A stretch of 34,340 bases of DNA. Origin: a virus. Taxonomy: Duplodnaviria; Caudoviricetes. Location of the stretch: positions 1 through 34,340 of IMG/VR virus record IMGVR_UViG_3300020045_003826. One strand, given 5' to 3'. Below the pieces are notes generated by a model. The model ran no database searches. It was not told the origin of the DNA and saw only the letters and a list, made by a program, of their open reading frames with translations. A program made the position numbers and the translations under genes. This document shows positions 1 through 9,039 of the stretch, piece by piece. How positions within the stretch are numbered: position 1 is the first letter of the stretch; each line of letters begins with the position of its first letter.

Positions 1-485
1 GTTTGTTCGTAAACGGAATTTATAGTGTATTGATTTTTAGTAGCTTCTTTATTTATATCGTCTAATGCTTTTGTACTTCTTGCAATTTCTTTATTTGCCT
101 CACTTTGTATTTTCGCTCTCTTTTGATATTCGTTTTGTGCCTGTTTTGATAAAGCTATTTCGTAAGAAACTTGCGCTTTTAGCTCCCTTGCGGACGCCTC
201 TCTAATTTTTGCTAATGCAACCTCTGTTTTGGCGGCCGATTGTTTTAATACTTCTAAATTCTTTAATTCTTTTGCGGCCTCAGCGGTTAAAAATGCTTGT
301 TGTTTTAAATCGGCTGAATTATTAAGTTTAATAGAAGTTAAAGAGCCTTGTGTTATTTTCAAATTAGCAGATAAAACACCCGTTAACTCTTTATTAATTA
401 CAAGAAACTCCTCCGCTTTCTTAATGGCAGCATCAAGAAATTTCGGGTCTATTATTTCTTCTGATTTAATCGGTTGCTCTGCCAT
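1..485 (-). CDS. Tail tape measure protein, N-terminal part (runs off window)
   Basis: Hand-translated frame from ATG 485 (MAEQPIKSEEIIDPKFLDAAIKKAEEF...) stays open to position 1; Ala/Lys/Glu-rich helical; follows major tail and chaperone-like genes. Not in ORF track. Confidence 0.75.
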   Translation of the reverse strand, partial: MAEQPIKSEEIIDPKFLDAAIKKAEEFLVINKELTGVLSANLKITQGSLTSIKLNNSADLKQQAFLTAEAAKELKNLEVLKQSAAKTEVALAKIREASARELKAQVSYEIALSKQAQNEYQKRAKIQSEANKEIARSTKALDDINKEATKNQYTINSVYEQ

Positions 486-915
486 TATCTTCTTTTATTG
501 CTTCTAAATAATTATAATACTTTAATACACTTACTTGTTTTTCATCAAGCGCAAACTTCATATACTTTTCAATCATAACGGTTGTCGAAGTTGTTTTAAC
601 TTGCTTAACATTCAATTTATCAGCCAATTCTAATTCTTTTAGCATAATAAAAGATGTAATTGTGTTATCATTCGTTAATGCTTTGTCAATCTTCAATACC
701 AATATTTCATTCTGTAAATCAATAATATCTTTTAACGGTGTGCTTATTCCAAACGTATCAATATACTGAGCGTATAACTCACTAAATGTATTCTGACACT
801 CTATCAACTCGCTTTCAGTACATTCTTTTCGTACACGTAAACAATAACTGTAATCTTTTAAATCAATACATTTAAACCAATTGTAAACAGGAAACTCATC
901 TATATTTTTGTACAT
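466..915 (-). CDS. Putative tail assembly chaperone-like protein
   Basis: 149 aa helical ORF directly before tape measure; positional inference. Confidence 0.45.
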   Translation of the reverse strand: MYKNIDEFPVYNWFKCIDLKDYSYCLRVRKECTESELIECQNTFSELYAQYIDTFGISTPLKDIIDLQNEILVLKIDKALTNDNTITSFIMLKELELADKLNVKQVKTTSTTVMIEKYMKFALDEKQVSVLKYYNYLEAIKEDNGRATD

Positions 916-916
916 A

Positions 917-1366
917 TTACCTGGTTAGTATTGTTTTTTTAACGTGTGGTATTAAAATCTCCTTTGCCTTTTCTCTTAATATTGATAAACTTTCACCCGT
1001 TAAGCCTAATATGTTTTCACCCCAATCAACTATTAAATCACTTGTATCTTTTATGGTATCGGCTGAAATTGTCAGCATTCCATTATCAAAAAACACTTTA
1101 AATGATGCGTAAAAGTCCCCTGTATCGTATAAAGTAATCTTATCAGCTATCTTTTCGGGATGTAATTGTAATGTAAATGGGCTGTAATTGCCACCTATAT
1201 CAGACAAAGAGCGTCCTTTACTATCAATACCTTTATCAAAGAGCTGTTTTTTTGTATTCAAATCAATAATTAGATCAGTAAATGACTTGTCATCTGCTAA
1301 TACTTTTATTAATCCTAATACCTTAAGACTTTTTACTCGATTTGCTAGGCTTACTAACGCTCTCAT
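917..1366 (-). CDS. Putative virion morphogenesis/neck protein
   Basis: 149 aa; YSPFT...ITLYDTGDFYAS resembles the LxDTG motif of HK97-gp10/virion morphogenesis-like proteins; in tail operon. Confidence 0.45.
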   Translation of the reverse strand: MRALVSLANRVKSLKVLGLIKVLADDKSFTDLIIDLNTKKQLFDKGIDSKGRSLSDIGGNYSPFTLQLHPEKIADKITLYDTGDFYASFKVFFDNGMLTISADTIKDTSDLIVDWGENILGLTGESLSILREKAKEILIPHVKKTILTR

Positions 1367-1505
1367 AGTTTCCGTTTGCTTTTTGTAATCCTAAATAAAA
1401 CTCTTCAAAATCTTCATTTAATCCGCCTTTAACGGCTTCTAAAACTTGTTCTTTTGTCATATCCTTTGAAGATTCGATATGTATAATTCCTTTGTAATAT
1501 TCCAT
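1323..1505 (-). CDS. Hypothetical protein (tail module)
   Basis: 60 aa ORF after major tail terminator. Confidence 0.55.
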   Translation of the reverse strand: MEYYKGIIHIESSKDMTKEQVLEAVKGGLNEDFEEFYLGLQKANGNYESVSKPSKSSKKS

Positions 1506-1518
1506 TTTAGTATTTATT

Positions 1519-1554
1519 AAAAAAGCCTACCCACAATTCAATGAGTAGGCTTTT
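1519..1554 (-). terminator. Intrinsic terminator (possibly bidirectional) after major tail gene
   Basis: AAAAGCCTAC-N14-GTAGGCTTTT inverted repeat flanked by A/T tracts. Confidence 0.8.
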
Positions 1555-1574
1555 ATAGTTTGTAATTAATTTAA

Positions 1575-2510
1575 TTAAACAACAGTTGCAGTTTGTGCTA
1601 TTACGTTTGTAAAGTCATACTTAGCTAATGTTGGAGTAATACGAATTATATCCCCAGCCGTTGCAGTTGCATACGTTAAAGTGTAAGTTCCAGGAGTTCC
1701 TACCGTTTCAACAGCAGTTATAACAGTTACAGCCCCTGGAGTATTATTTGTTCTTAATAGAGCAAAATCAGCAGCTAATAAACCTGTAATAGCTACTGGA
1801 GTAGCAGCACTACCACCTTTAGCGTATAACTTAAACACCATTGAAGCCGTACCCGTAGATGTTTGTGATTTAATTGCATCAATTAAACCATCGTACCCGT
1901 TTAATAAGTTAACACTTACCATATCAGCAGAATCAATTTTAACAATCTCTTCATCTTTTTGATCAGTGTCAAATTCAAACATATATTCGATGTTAGTTCC
2001 GGTTGCATCGGTTGCCCACTTCATGATAGCATCAATTGTGTTAGCGTTTAAAGCAAATGGATATAAAACATCTTCTTCACCGTTTGACAAACCAACTAAA
2101 GCACCGTTTTTATCAACAATGTAAGCTGCCATTTCAGTACAACGTCCAGACTTAAGAATACTTAAGAAATTAGGTTGCATTGATGGATAAACACATTTAA
2201 AAGAACTAACGCCTTCGTGTACAAATTTCTTTGAACCATCGTTAAAAGATTCATAAGTTGAAGCCTCTTTAGAGATTTCAGCGTTAACGTGCTTTGGTAA
2301 TGGGTACCATCTTACTGAACGGTCAACGTTATTAATTAATCCGTTAAAAAAAGCAGCATTCATTGTCTGAGGCAAACTAATTTTATTTAAAACTCCATCG
2401 TTATCGTATTTTGATACCATAATGATTTTACGAGATGCTTTGATTAAAGCACCAGAACAGGATGGAGAGCCTGTGTTATCGTATTTACTTGTACATGAAC
2501 ATGATGACAT
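1575..2510 (-). CDS. Major tail (tube) protein with C-terminal Ig-like extension
   Basis: 311 aa, Cys-rich N-terminus, Thr/Ala/Val-rich beta C-terminus, followed by a terminator; between neck genes and tape measure. Confidence 0.7.
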   Translation of the reverse strand: MSSCSCTSKYDNTGSPSCSGALIKASRKIIMVSKYDNDGVLNKISLPQTMNAAFFNGLINNVDRSVRWYPLPKHVNAEISKEASTYESFNDGSKKFVHEGVSSFKCVYPSMQPNFLSILKSGRCTEMAAYIVDKNGALVGLSNGEEDVLYPFALNANTIDAIMKWATDATGTNIEYMFEFDTDQKDEEIVKIDSADMVSVNLLNGYDGLIDAIKSQTSTGTASMVFKLYAKGGSAATPVAITGLLAADFALLRTNNTPGAVTVITAVETVGTPGTYTLTYATATAGDIIRITPTLAKYDFTNVIAQTATVV

Positions 2511-2528
2511 TTATTTTATTTTTAGAGG

Positions 2529-3473
2529 TTAAATTATTGGGTCTATTATTGTTGTTGTATTATTATCAATCGTATCTACTATTTCTGTTAATTGTTCTAC
2601 TGAGTACGAGCCACCACTTATTACCGTTGTTATTACTAATCCTGTTTCAATATCAATGATGTCTACTCCCTCACATGGAGTTCCGGTAATGTAAATCTCA
2701 TTAGAGTAAAGAACTGCCAACAAACCACCAATCATATCATAAACGTAGCTTGGTGCCGGTCTGTGATCTAAAGTATTTGTATCGCAACATTCACAATCTT
2801 TTAAAAACGGTATTCCAATTTTTAACTGAACACCTGACAAATACATATTGAATATGTTTTTTAGCGTTCCATTATCATTGTAATTACCGAAAACGTTATA
2901 GTTTTTTACATTACCTACTCCAGTTAAATCTGCAACATATTGACTAACTGACAAACATTTTAAGAACTCATTACACGCATTTCGCATTGGTTGGATTCCT
3001 AAAGTGTCGCCTTGTAATTGAGTCCAGTTGGCAAAATCGCAATCAGTTAAAAAATATAATCTAACATCTACATCGTTATCTATTGCATCAATTGGATCTA
3101 AATGTATTTTCTCTTCAACTATTTCATGGAGGAAAACCAACGGTAACTTTGTTTTAAAATTCGGTTCGCTGTCTAACTCCTGGCTAACTTTTTGAATGGT
3201 GCCATGTTTAAAAATCAATGGGTATAAATCAAAAGTTAAAACAGTTGGTAAAGATGCACCGCTAACCGTTATAGATTCGTTACAAACAAAACTAGTGATC
3301 GTATAGGTTACTAATCCAATCGTTACATCATATCCGGCTGTTAACCATTTAGTATAATTACACGCAAAAGTATAAGTTCCGTTACCGTTATTAACCACCG
3401 ATTGACAAATCACTGACTTATCAATTTGGTCAATAATAACCTTTAACTTATTATATGTTTGGCTTTGTAGCAT
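2529..3473 (-). CDS. Putative neck/tail-terminator structural protein
   Basis: Start probably ATG 3473 (TAATG coupling to upstream stop; track gives 3485); immediately upstream of major tail. Confidence 0.5.
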   Translation of the reverse strand: MLQSQTYNKLKVIIDQIDKSVICQSVVNNGNGTYTFACNYTKWLTAGYDVTIGLVTYTITSFVCNESITVSGASLPTVLTFDLYPLIFKHGTIQKVSQELDSEPNFKTKLPLVFLHEIVEEKIHLDPIDAIDNDVDVRLYFLTDCDFANWTQLQGDTLGIQPMRNACNEFLKCLSVSQYVADLTGVGNVKNYNVFGNYNDNGTLKNIFNMYLSGVQLKIGIPFLKDCECCDTNTLDHRPAPSYVYDMIGGLLAVLYSNEIYITGTPCEGVDIIDIETGLVITTVISGGSYSVEQLTEIVDTIDNNTTTIIDPII

Positions 3474-3985
3474 TAGATTGACCAATGATTAATTACTTTC
3501 ATTTTACCATTAAAATCAAAGTAATCAGTAGAATTATTGCAAACATAAATTTGAATGTTTCTATAAGTATTAACCGCCTCATTGTAGTTACTGTAAATAG
3601 GAGTACTATTCCAATCAATAAGATTACTTACCTCATTAGATGCAACCACAAAGCCGGTAGATGTATTTTTAACAGGGTTATTTATGCAATAATCCCAATA
3701 AATAAAACCTAAAAGCATTTCTTTTATTCCGTTACTCCTAATTTCAATAGGTACATCAGTAGCCATTAAATTAAAAATAGTAGAATATTTTGCAGTTACC
3801 GGTGGCAAGAAAGTTGAGGCTGCTATATCAGCATATAACAAATCTGCAATAGTTACACCTAGTAAATCTATTAGATATTTTTTCTCGTACTTGTCAATGA
3901 ACGCTTGTAATTTAGTGACATCAAAACTGCTTTGACTTATCGAATATTTACCAATAAAATCAGTAGGTTTAACTATCTTTGACAT
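3473..3985 (-). CDS. Putative head-tail connector/adaptor
   Basis: 170 aa; FIDKYEKKYLIDLLG helical pattern and position downstream of capsid genes. Confidence 0.55.
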   Translation of the reverse strand: MSKIVKPTDFIGKYSISQSSFDVTKLQAFIDKYEKKYLIDLLGVTIADLLYADIAASTFLPPVTAKYSTIFNLMATDVPIEIRSNGIKEMLLGFIYWDYCINNPVKNTSTGFVVASNEVSNLIDWNSTPIYSNYNEAVNTYRNIQIYVCNNSTDYFDFNGKMKVINHWSI

Positions 3986-3999
3986 TACAATTTATTTAG

Positions 4000-4071
4000 T
4001 AGCGGTGGGCTGAATCGAACAGCCGAAATTTTGATAATGAGTCAAACGAGATACCACTTCTCCACACCGCA
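4000..4071 (-). tRNA. tRNA-Met(CAT), initiator-like scaffold; CCA not encoded
   Basis: Cloverleaf on minus strand: T-GCGGTG TG GAGA AGTGGTA TCTC G TTTGA CT-CAT-TA TCAAA ATTTC GGCTG TTCGATT CAGCC CACCGC-T A; anticodon 4039-4037. Confidence 0.9.
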
Positions 4072-4082
4072 ATATTTAGTAT

Positions 4083-4484
4083 TTACTTAGTAATCTTAAA
4101 AACTCCGGCATTTGTTGCAACCATTGTTCCTGTTCCTGTAGTATATAATTTAAAGTAGTTAAATGGACAATCGGCAACTTTTAAAAACCCTACATTAACC
4201 GCCTGATCTGCTAACATTACAGAATCTAAACCACCTACACGTTTATAATTAACACCATCCAAAGAACCTAACAAAGTAATTTTACCGGCAACCGTTCCTG
4301 ATACCTTAGTGACATTTACCTGAAAAGATATTTGTTTGTAGATATCACTTGCAACAGCCGTTAAGGTTCCTGTTCCTGTGTTTGTAATTGATGCACTTGC
4401 AACTGTTAAAGTTTTAGTGTTTTGTGCTTGTGATACAAAATTAATTGCTAAAAGCGTTACGCATATTAAGATGAATTTTTTCAT
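4083..4484 (-). CDS. Beta-rich protein with Sec signal peptide; possible capsid decoration-like fold
   Basis: MKKFILICVTLLAINFVSQA|Q signal peptide; mature part beta-strand rich (VSGTVAGKITLLGSLDGVNY). Confidence 0.6.
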   Translation of the reverse strand: MKKFILICVTLLAINFVSQAQNTKTLTVASASITNTGTGTLTAVASDIYKQISFQVNVTKVSGTVAGKITLLGSLDGVNYKRVGGLDSVMLADQAVNVGFLKVADCPFNYFKLYTTGTGTMVATNAGVFKITK

Positions 4485-4672
4485 TATTTCTTTTTGGTTT
4501 TAATTATTGGTTTAATTATTTCTTTTACTTCAACTGTTTTATTTAAAGTGTATTCAGCTACTCCTTTTTTGACTAACTCTTGAGCCATATCTTTAGAACA
4601 TATAAAGACTTCGCCACTAGTTTTAATAGCGAAGTCCTTAATGAATGTTATAGATATTAATCCCTTAGTCAT
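4484..4672 (-). CDS. Small basic hypothetical protein after capsid
   Basis: 62 aa, TAATG-coupled to next gene, Lys-rich tail. Confidence 0.65.
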   Translation of the reverse strand: MTKGLISITFIKDFAIKTSGEVFICSKDMAQELVKKGVAEYTLNKTVEVKEIIKPIIKTKKK

Positions 4673-4675
4673 TTA

Positions 4676-5896
4676 CTAAGATGCTAATGTTACTAAAGCA
4701 GCAGTGATGTCAGTTACTTTTGCAAAACCACCTTTATCAGCAGCTCTGATTAAGAACGCTAAACGCTTACGAGCTTTTAAAGTCATTTCATCTTCTGTAA
4801 ACTGAGCATTGATTTGTCCTTTTGATAAAACGATACCGCCTTTTTCGTAGATACGAGCGAAACGTCTGTCACCTACTACCATTGTATTTGCAGTGATAAT
4901 ATTTGATTCAATAACAATTACACTAGCAACTTGAGCACCGTCACGGCTAACAAAAGGAGGTAAAATATAATTATGATTTAAATCTTTTTTCAACTTCATT
5001 TTGTTGATGTCTGCAATGTTCATTACTGCAAAGTCAGGTTGATATTTTGCGCCACCTAAAACAGTAATAGACTCACTTACTTTTACAATTAGATCATAAA
5101 TAGAAGCATCAACAATACCACTAGCAACCGGAGCAAAAGCGTTTACGCTTGCTTTTAAACCTACGATAGTATTTGCTGTACCGTCACCATCAGCTAATTG
5201 ACGATCAATTTCTAAAGCAACATTTGTTTCTAAAAACAAACCTAACTCAGCAGCAAATAAAGTTTCATCTTCAAAAAACTCTTCTGTTACCGGTAAAGTG
5301 TCACCAATTTTTTGTAATACAACTGATCCTTTTTTAAACTTTGCAGTTGACTCAGGAAAAGCAGCGCCTTCTGCAACAGCAGCAGCAGCACGAGCGATTG
5401 TATCTTCATCCCAATCATAATAACGAACAGTTCCGTTATCCTGACCGTTACCTAAGTTTAATTTAGGGAAAATGTCATACAAAGATAATTTACGAGTTGC
5501 TAATTGACCGATATCCGGTAAATCATAAGCTGTTTCATTGTTAGCAATAAAAGAGCGTAAAGTCAAAGCCTTAATAGTGATTTCATCAGATGAAACTTTA
5601 TTAGCAATGTCTTTTAATTTTGCTTTGTTTTCTTTAATCTCAGTAGATAAAGATGGTTTACCGTTTGAAGTACCAACTTCTTTAAGAGCTTTTAACTCCT
5701 CAGCTAAACGAATAACTTCTGCTTTAATTTCAGTGTTATCATTTGCTTTTAAAGAAGTTTCTAATTCAGCAACTAATTTATTAATTGCATCTACTTCTGT
5801 TTTGTTTGCAAAACCTTTAGTAGCGATAAGTCCTTCAACTTCGCTTTTTAGTTTTGCGATTAGTGCATTTTGTGCAGCTATTTCTTGTTCGTTCAT
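4676..5896 (-). CDS. HK97-fold major capsid protein
   Basis: 406 aa; N-terminal coiled-coil delta domain; AAAVAEGAAFPES, QLADGDGT..GL, VVGD motifs. Confidence 0.92.
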   Translation of the reverse strand: MNEQEIAAQNALIAKLKSEVEGLIATKGFANKTEVDAINKLVAELETSLKANDNTEIKAEVIRLAEELKALKEVGTSNGKPSLSTEIKENKAKLKDIANKVSSDEITIKALTLRSFIANNETAYDLPDIGQLATRKLSLYDIFPKLNLGNGQDNGTVRYYDWDEDTIARAAAAVAEGAAFPESTAKFKKGSVVLQKIGDTLPVTEEFFEDETLFAAELGLFLETNVALEIDRQLADGDGTANTIVGLKASVNAFAPVASGIVDASIYDLIVKVSESITVLGGAKYQPDFAVMNIADINKMKLKKDLNHNYILPPFVSRDGAQVASVIVIESNIITANTMVVGDRRFARIYEKGGIVLSKGQINAQFTEDEMTLKARKRLAFLIRAADKGGFAKVTDITAALVTLAS

Positions 5897-6699
5897 TACG
5901 ATAATTTTAAATTGTTAGTTAAATAATAAATTGATTCTGTTTTCTTTTGAGTGTCAGTTGACGGCTCGGATTTATGAGTGGATGTAACCGGCTCAATATT
6001 TTCTTTTACTGATAATGTTGGAGTAGCATAATTTGAACCTTTAACAACGGCTGAACCTTCAATGATTTTAGCCTCAGTAACCGCCCAGAAGTAACCGTTA
6101 TCGATTGCATCTTGCTTATTTGCAACGTCAACGATATACTTATCCCAATTCTCTTTCTCTTCTAAGTAATATTTTTCAGTTGAATTGATACACAAATACA
6201 TTGTAACGTATCTCATACCAATAGAATGTTCTTTTACATAGCCTTTAGCGTATTGCTCAAACATAAACTCGTTACGCTTAGAACTTACATTAGCGTCGAA
6301 TATTAAAGCCTGGGTTTCGCCTTCTAATTTATCAAAACCTAATTCTGAAAACGTCATGCTTTTTACGCTTGCCGTTACTTCATCAGTAATAATTTTACTA
6401 AAAGACATTTGATGCTCTTGTAATAAATATAAATTCTTTTGCTCTTTTAAAGACTTATTCCAAATTCCTTTTATATGAACGTCACCATGACTATCTAAAA
6501 TATTAGTAGTATTGATTACTACTTTTACTTTGATGTTATCCAATTCTAATAAATTAGTATTTGAATCCGCTTTTACAGCTTCGCCTTTATGAGTTGTAGT
6601 TGTTGGAATAAAAACAATAGCATCAGCCTCTTTTACTTTAAATTTCTTTTCAGCAATTAAAGCAGCCTTATTATCTTTTAAGTGTTTGAAAATATCCAT
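5896..6699 (-). CDS. Prohead (maturation) protease, HK97-type
   Basis: LDSHGD, LLQEH, HSIG, IEGSAVVKGSN motifs; upstream of capsid. Confidence 0.82.
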   Translation of the reverse strand: MDIFKHLKDNKAALIAEKKFKVKEADAIVFIPTTTTHKGEAVKADSNTNLLELDNIKVKVVINTTNILDSHGDVHIKGIWNKSLKEQKNLYLLQEHQMSFSKIITDEVTASVKSMTFSELGFDKLEGETQALIFDANVSSKRNEFMFEQYAKGYVKEHSIGMRYVTMYLCINSTEKYYLEEKENWDKYIVDVANKQDAIDNGYFWAVTEAKIIEGSAVVKGSNYATPTLSVKENIEPVTSTHKSEPSTDTQKKTESIYYLTNNLKLS

Positions 6700-6794
6700 T
6701 ACTTATTAACGATTAGATTAGCGTTAATAATAGCTTGCTTCTTAGCCTTTAAAGCCTTGATTTGCTCAGGTGTAAGTGTGTTTTCTTTAACCAT
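6699..6794 (-). CDS. 31-aa basic peptide, first ORF of capsid operon
   Basis: MVKENTLTPEQIKALKAKKQAIINANLIVNK*, TAATG overlap with protease start; below track cutoff. Confidence 0.6.
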   Translation of the reverse strand: MVKENTLTPEQIKALKAKKQAIINANLIVNK

Positions 6795-6832
6795 TAATGA
6801 AAGTGATACGGTTTTATCGTATAAACTTTAGA

Positions 6833-6870
6833 CAAATATAAAACATATTTAGGTAACACGCAAACCGTTA
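6833..6870 (-). promoter_or_regulatory. Capsid/tail operon promoter with shared 24-bp motif
   Basis: TTTG (6864-6861)-N20-TATATTTG (6840-6833); motif TAACGGTTTGC-GTG-TTACCTAAAT at 6870-6847. Confidence 0.75.
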
Positions 6871-6884
6871 TGAAATAAATTTTG

Positions 6885-6892
6885 TATTTTTG
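6885..6892 (+). promoter_or_regulatory. Portal promoter -7 box
   Basis: TATTTTTG 18 nt upstream of the portal ATG; divergent from capsid promoter. Confidence 0.6.
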
Positions 6893-6910
6893 TAACAAAT
6901 ACTTAAAATA

Positions 6911-8137
6911 ATGCTGGATAATTATCAAGACCCAAATTTCTTTGAACGATTAATAGGAGCATTTAGAGGCTCAAAACACGCCAAAAAACAATTTTATAAT
7001 AGTAGAGTACCATACATGATGAACTCAGGTAAGGTTTATATAAATACAGACGTACCGTATACTGTTTATAATTCCATACCTCAAATAGGATTAACGGTTG
7101 ATAAGATAGCTGCTATGTTTAGTAATGGCGTGTTTAAATATCAAAAGATTGGTAGTGATAAGTTTGATGCCATGCCTAAAGAGTTAGCGACATTACTTGA
7201 AAAGCCTAATATATTTCAGGGTCAAAACGCTTTTATGAAACAGTATATTTTACAGTACTTGATTTATGGTAATCAATACATAAGAAAAAACCAAGCAAGT
7301 GCGTTATCTAAAGTTCCAACATCTTTATTAAATATTAGTCCTGCTTATTTAACACCTGTATTAACCGGTAAAACATTTGACCAGGTAGATATGAATGGAG
7401 TAGTTAAGAATTATGAGTATACCGAAAATAGCACAAAGAAAACATTTGAAACTAGCGAGATACTTTGGAGTAAAGTAGCTGACTTAGACAATCCTGTTAT
7501 TGGTTGCAGTCCTTTATTATCGTTACAATTTCCAATATCAAACAGTGAATTAGCTTATAAGTATTTAAACTGTATTAGTGGTGAAAAGGGTGGTATTGGT
7601 ATACTAAGCCAAACTCCTGTAAAGGATGTGTTTGGTGCTTTGCCTAATAGTCCAGAAGCTAAAACAGCATTAGAAAAACAGTATAGGGAGTCAAACGGTA
7701 TTGAAGATGACCAAAAGAAAATACTTATTACAGATGCTCCTATTGGTTGGACTCCTATGAGTTATCCTACCGCTCAATTATTATTATTAGAGCAAATAGA
7801 TGCAAACTTTTTAACTATCCTTGCTAAATACGGTGTTAATTCAAACGTCTTTGTAAATAGTACCTATGAGAATTTAAGACACGGCTTAATGTCAACTCAT
7901 AACGATACGATACAACCTCATGCAGATCAATTTTGTCAACATTTATCAGAGTTTATTGGTATTGATAAGGGTTATAAATTAGTATTGGATTATAGTCATT
8001 TACCGTATTTGCAAGCGGATAAATCAAGTGAAGCTAACGTTTTCAGTACTGTAAGTGCAGCCTTAACGTCATTGTCTACGAGTGGTATTATAACACCGGC
8101 AGAGGGCAAAGTAAGATTGACTAATCAGTTTGGGTAG
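6911..8137 (+). CDS. Portal protein (HK97-like), inverted relative to neighbours
   Basis: 408 aa; LLEKPNIFQ, YLIYGNQY, GCSPLLSL, STYEN, LDYSHLPYLQ motifs. Confidence 0.88.
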   Translation: MLDNYQDPNFFERLIGAFRGSKHAKKQFYNSRVPYMMNSGKVYINTDVPYTVYNSIPQIGLTVDKIAAMFSNGVFKYQKIGSDKFDAMPKELATLLEKPNIFQGQNAFMKQYILQYLIYGNQYIRKNQASALSKVPTSLLNISPAYLTPVLTGKTFDQVDMNGVVKNYEYTENSTKKTFETSEILWSKVADLDNPVIGCSPLLSLQFPISNSELAYKYLNCISGEKGGIGILSQTPVKDVFGALPNSPEAKTALEKQYRESNGIEDDQKKILITDAPIGWTPMSYPTAQLLLLEQIDANFLTILAKYGVNSNVFVNSTYENLRHGLMSTHNDTIQPHADQFCQHLSEFIGIDKGYKLVLDYSHLPYLQADKSSEANVFSTVSAALTSLSTSGIITPAEGKVRLTNQFG

Positions 8138-8345
8138 TAAATGTTTGGTAACGCTCTTTTGGTAAATCTAAAGGAATCGGTTCTGGTATAGACTCACCAA
8201 CGTTATGATTCTCCCAATATGATTTAGATTCTCTATTGTTTCGGAACACTTTTAATTTATTATCACTAAACAATCTATTGCATAAATCAGTGAATGGTTT
8301 ATGTTTCTCTTCAAAAGTATATCGGCATTCGTAGGGGTTATTCAT
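8121..8345 (-). CDS. Hypothetical protein (moron)
   Basis: 74 aa; ATGA-coupled; 3' end overlaps portal 3' end. Confidence 0.6.
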   Translation of the reverse strand: MNNPYECRYTFEEKHKPFTDLCNRLFSDNKLKVFRNNRESKSYWENHNVGESIPEPIPLDLPKERYQTFTTQTD

Positions 8346-8521
8346 ATACTTAATCTAAAGTGTTTTAATAAATTTTTACTAATAATGTGTTTAATAAAAT
8401 CTTCATGTATCGGCTTATTAACTACCCACCAATTTTTTATATCAAAACTATTAAACTCTCCGTGTATTGTGCCTATTTCACATTCAATAGTACTGCTATC
8501 TGTTAAATTTTCTTTTGTCAT
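8342..8521 (-). CDS. Hypothetical protein (moron), 59 aa
   Basis: MTKENLTDSSTIECEIG...KHFRLSI*, ATGA overlaps on both sides; not in track. Confidence 0.6.
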   Translation of the reverse strand: MTKENLTDSSTIECEIGTIHGEFNSFDIKNWWVVNKPIHEDFIKHIISKNLLKHFRLSI

Positions 8522-8646
8522 ATACTTAATATTTTTACAGCAAAGTTAATAAACCAAACCCATAAATAAAACGATCCTATTAAAATACTTGTTGCTACTG
8601 TAATTGAAAGAGTATAACCTAATATTGTTTTAATACGTTTATTCAT
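8518..8646 (-). CDS. Small membrane protein (moron), 42 aa
   Basis: MNKRIKTILGYTLSITVATSILIGSFYLWVWFINFAVKILSI*, ATGA-coupled. Confidence 0.6.
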   Translation of the reverse strand: MNKRIKTILGYTLSITVATSILIGSFYLWVWFINFAVKILSI

Positions 8647-9038
8647 ATCTTCAAAGTGTTAATGTCTATTGGTAGTTCTTTGCCAACTAATGCAAAGTAA
8701 AGGTTTTGTAATTGATGCAAATAATCTAAATTAGGATTAAAGTCATGACTCATAAATTCAAACCTTTCTCTTAAATCAACTCCTAATCTTAATTTAATAA
8801 TAGTAAATACGTTTGTTTCAATCGTAAATTCATTACTATCTTTATCATGCTCAAATCCACATTGCAAAAGTATTGATTCGGTTAGGGGGATTGGTTTCGC
8901 TTGCCACCCATCAGGTAATTTTTCTCCTTTTGGATTAAAAAAATTAATCTCGTCTTGTGTAATTCCGATTACTAATAATGCGTTTTTAGTTAAATTATCA
9001 ATAAATACATTTCCTATTCTTAATTCAGTTGGTTTCAT
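8643..9038 (-). CDS. Hypothetical protein of a type common in Bacteroidota phages
   Basis: ELRIGN...PIPLTESILLQCGF...YLHQLQNLYFAL pattern recalled from such phages. Confidence 0.7.
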   Translation of the reverse strand: MKPTELRIGNVFIDNLTKNALLVIGITQDEINFFNPKGEKLPDGWQAKPIPLTESILLQCGFEHDKDSNEFTIETNVFTIIKLRLGVDLRERFEFMSHDFNPNLDYLHQLQNLYFALVGKELPIDINTLKI

Positions 9039-9039
9039 A

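Noticed and set aside
229-507. Plus-strand 92-aa ORF and similar antisense ORFs (1188, 2462, 3485, 5538, 8301, 10714, 12075, 15598, 16323, 19250, 19592, 20589, 21001, 21658, 22553, 25989, 26388, 28107, 30639, 33653)
   Set aside because: Shadows of well-supported genes on the opposite strand; no motifs or expression signals.
1323-1400. Tail-chaperone -1 frameshift
   Set aside because: CAAAAAG is not a full XXXYYYZ site and the downstream ORF is in the +1 frame with a stop just upstream.
6795-8160. Portal as an actively invertible segment
   Set aside because: No flanking inverted repeats found by eye and no invertase.
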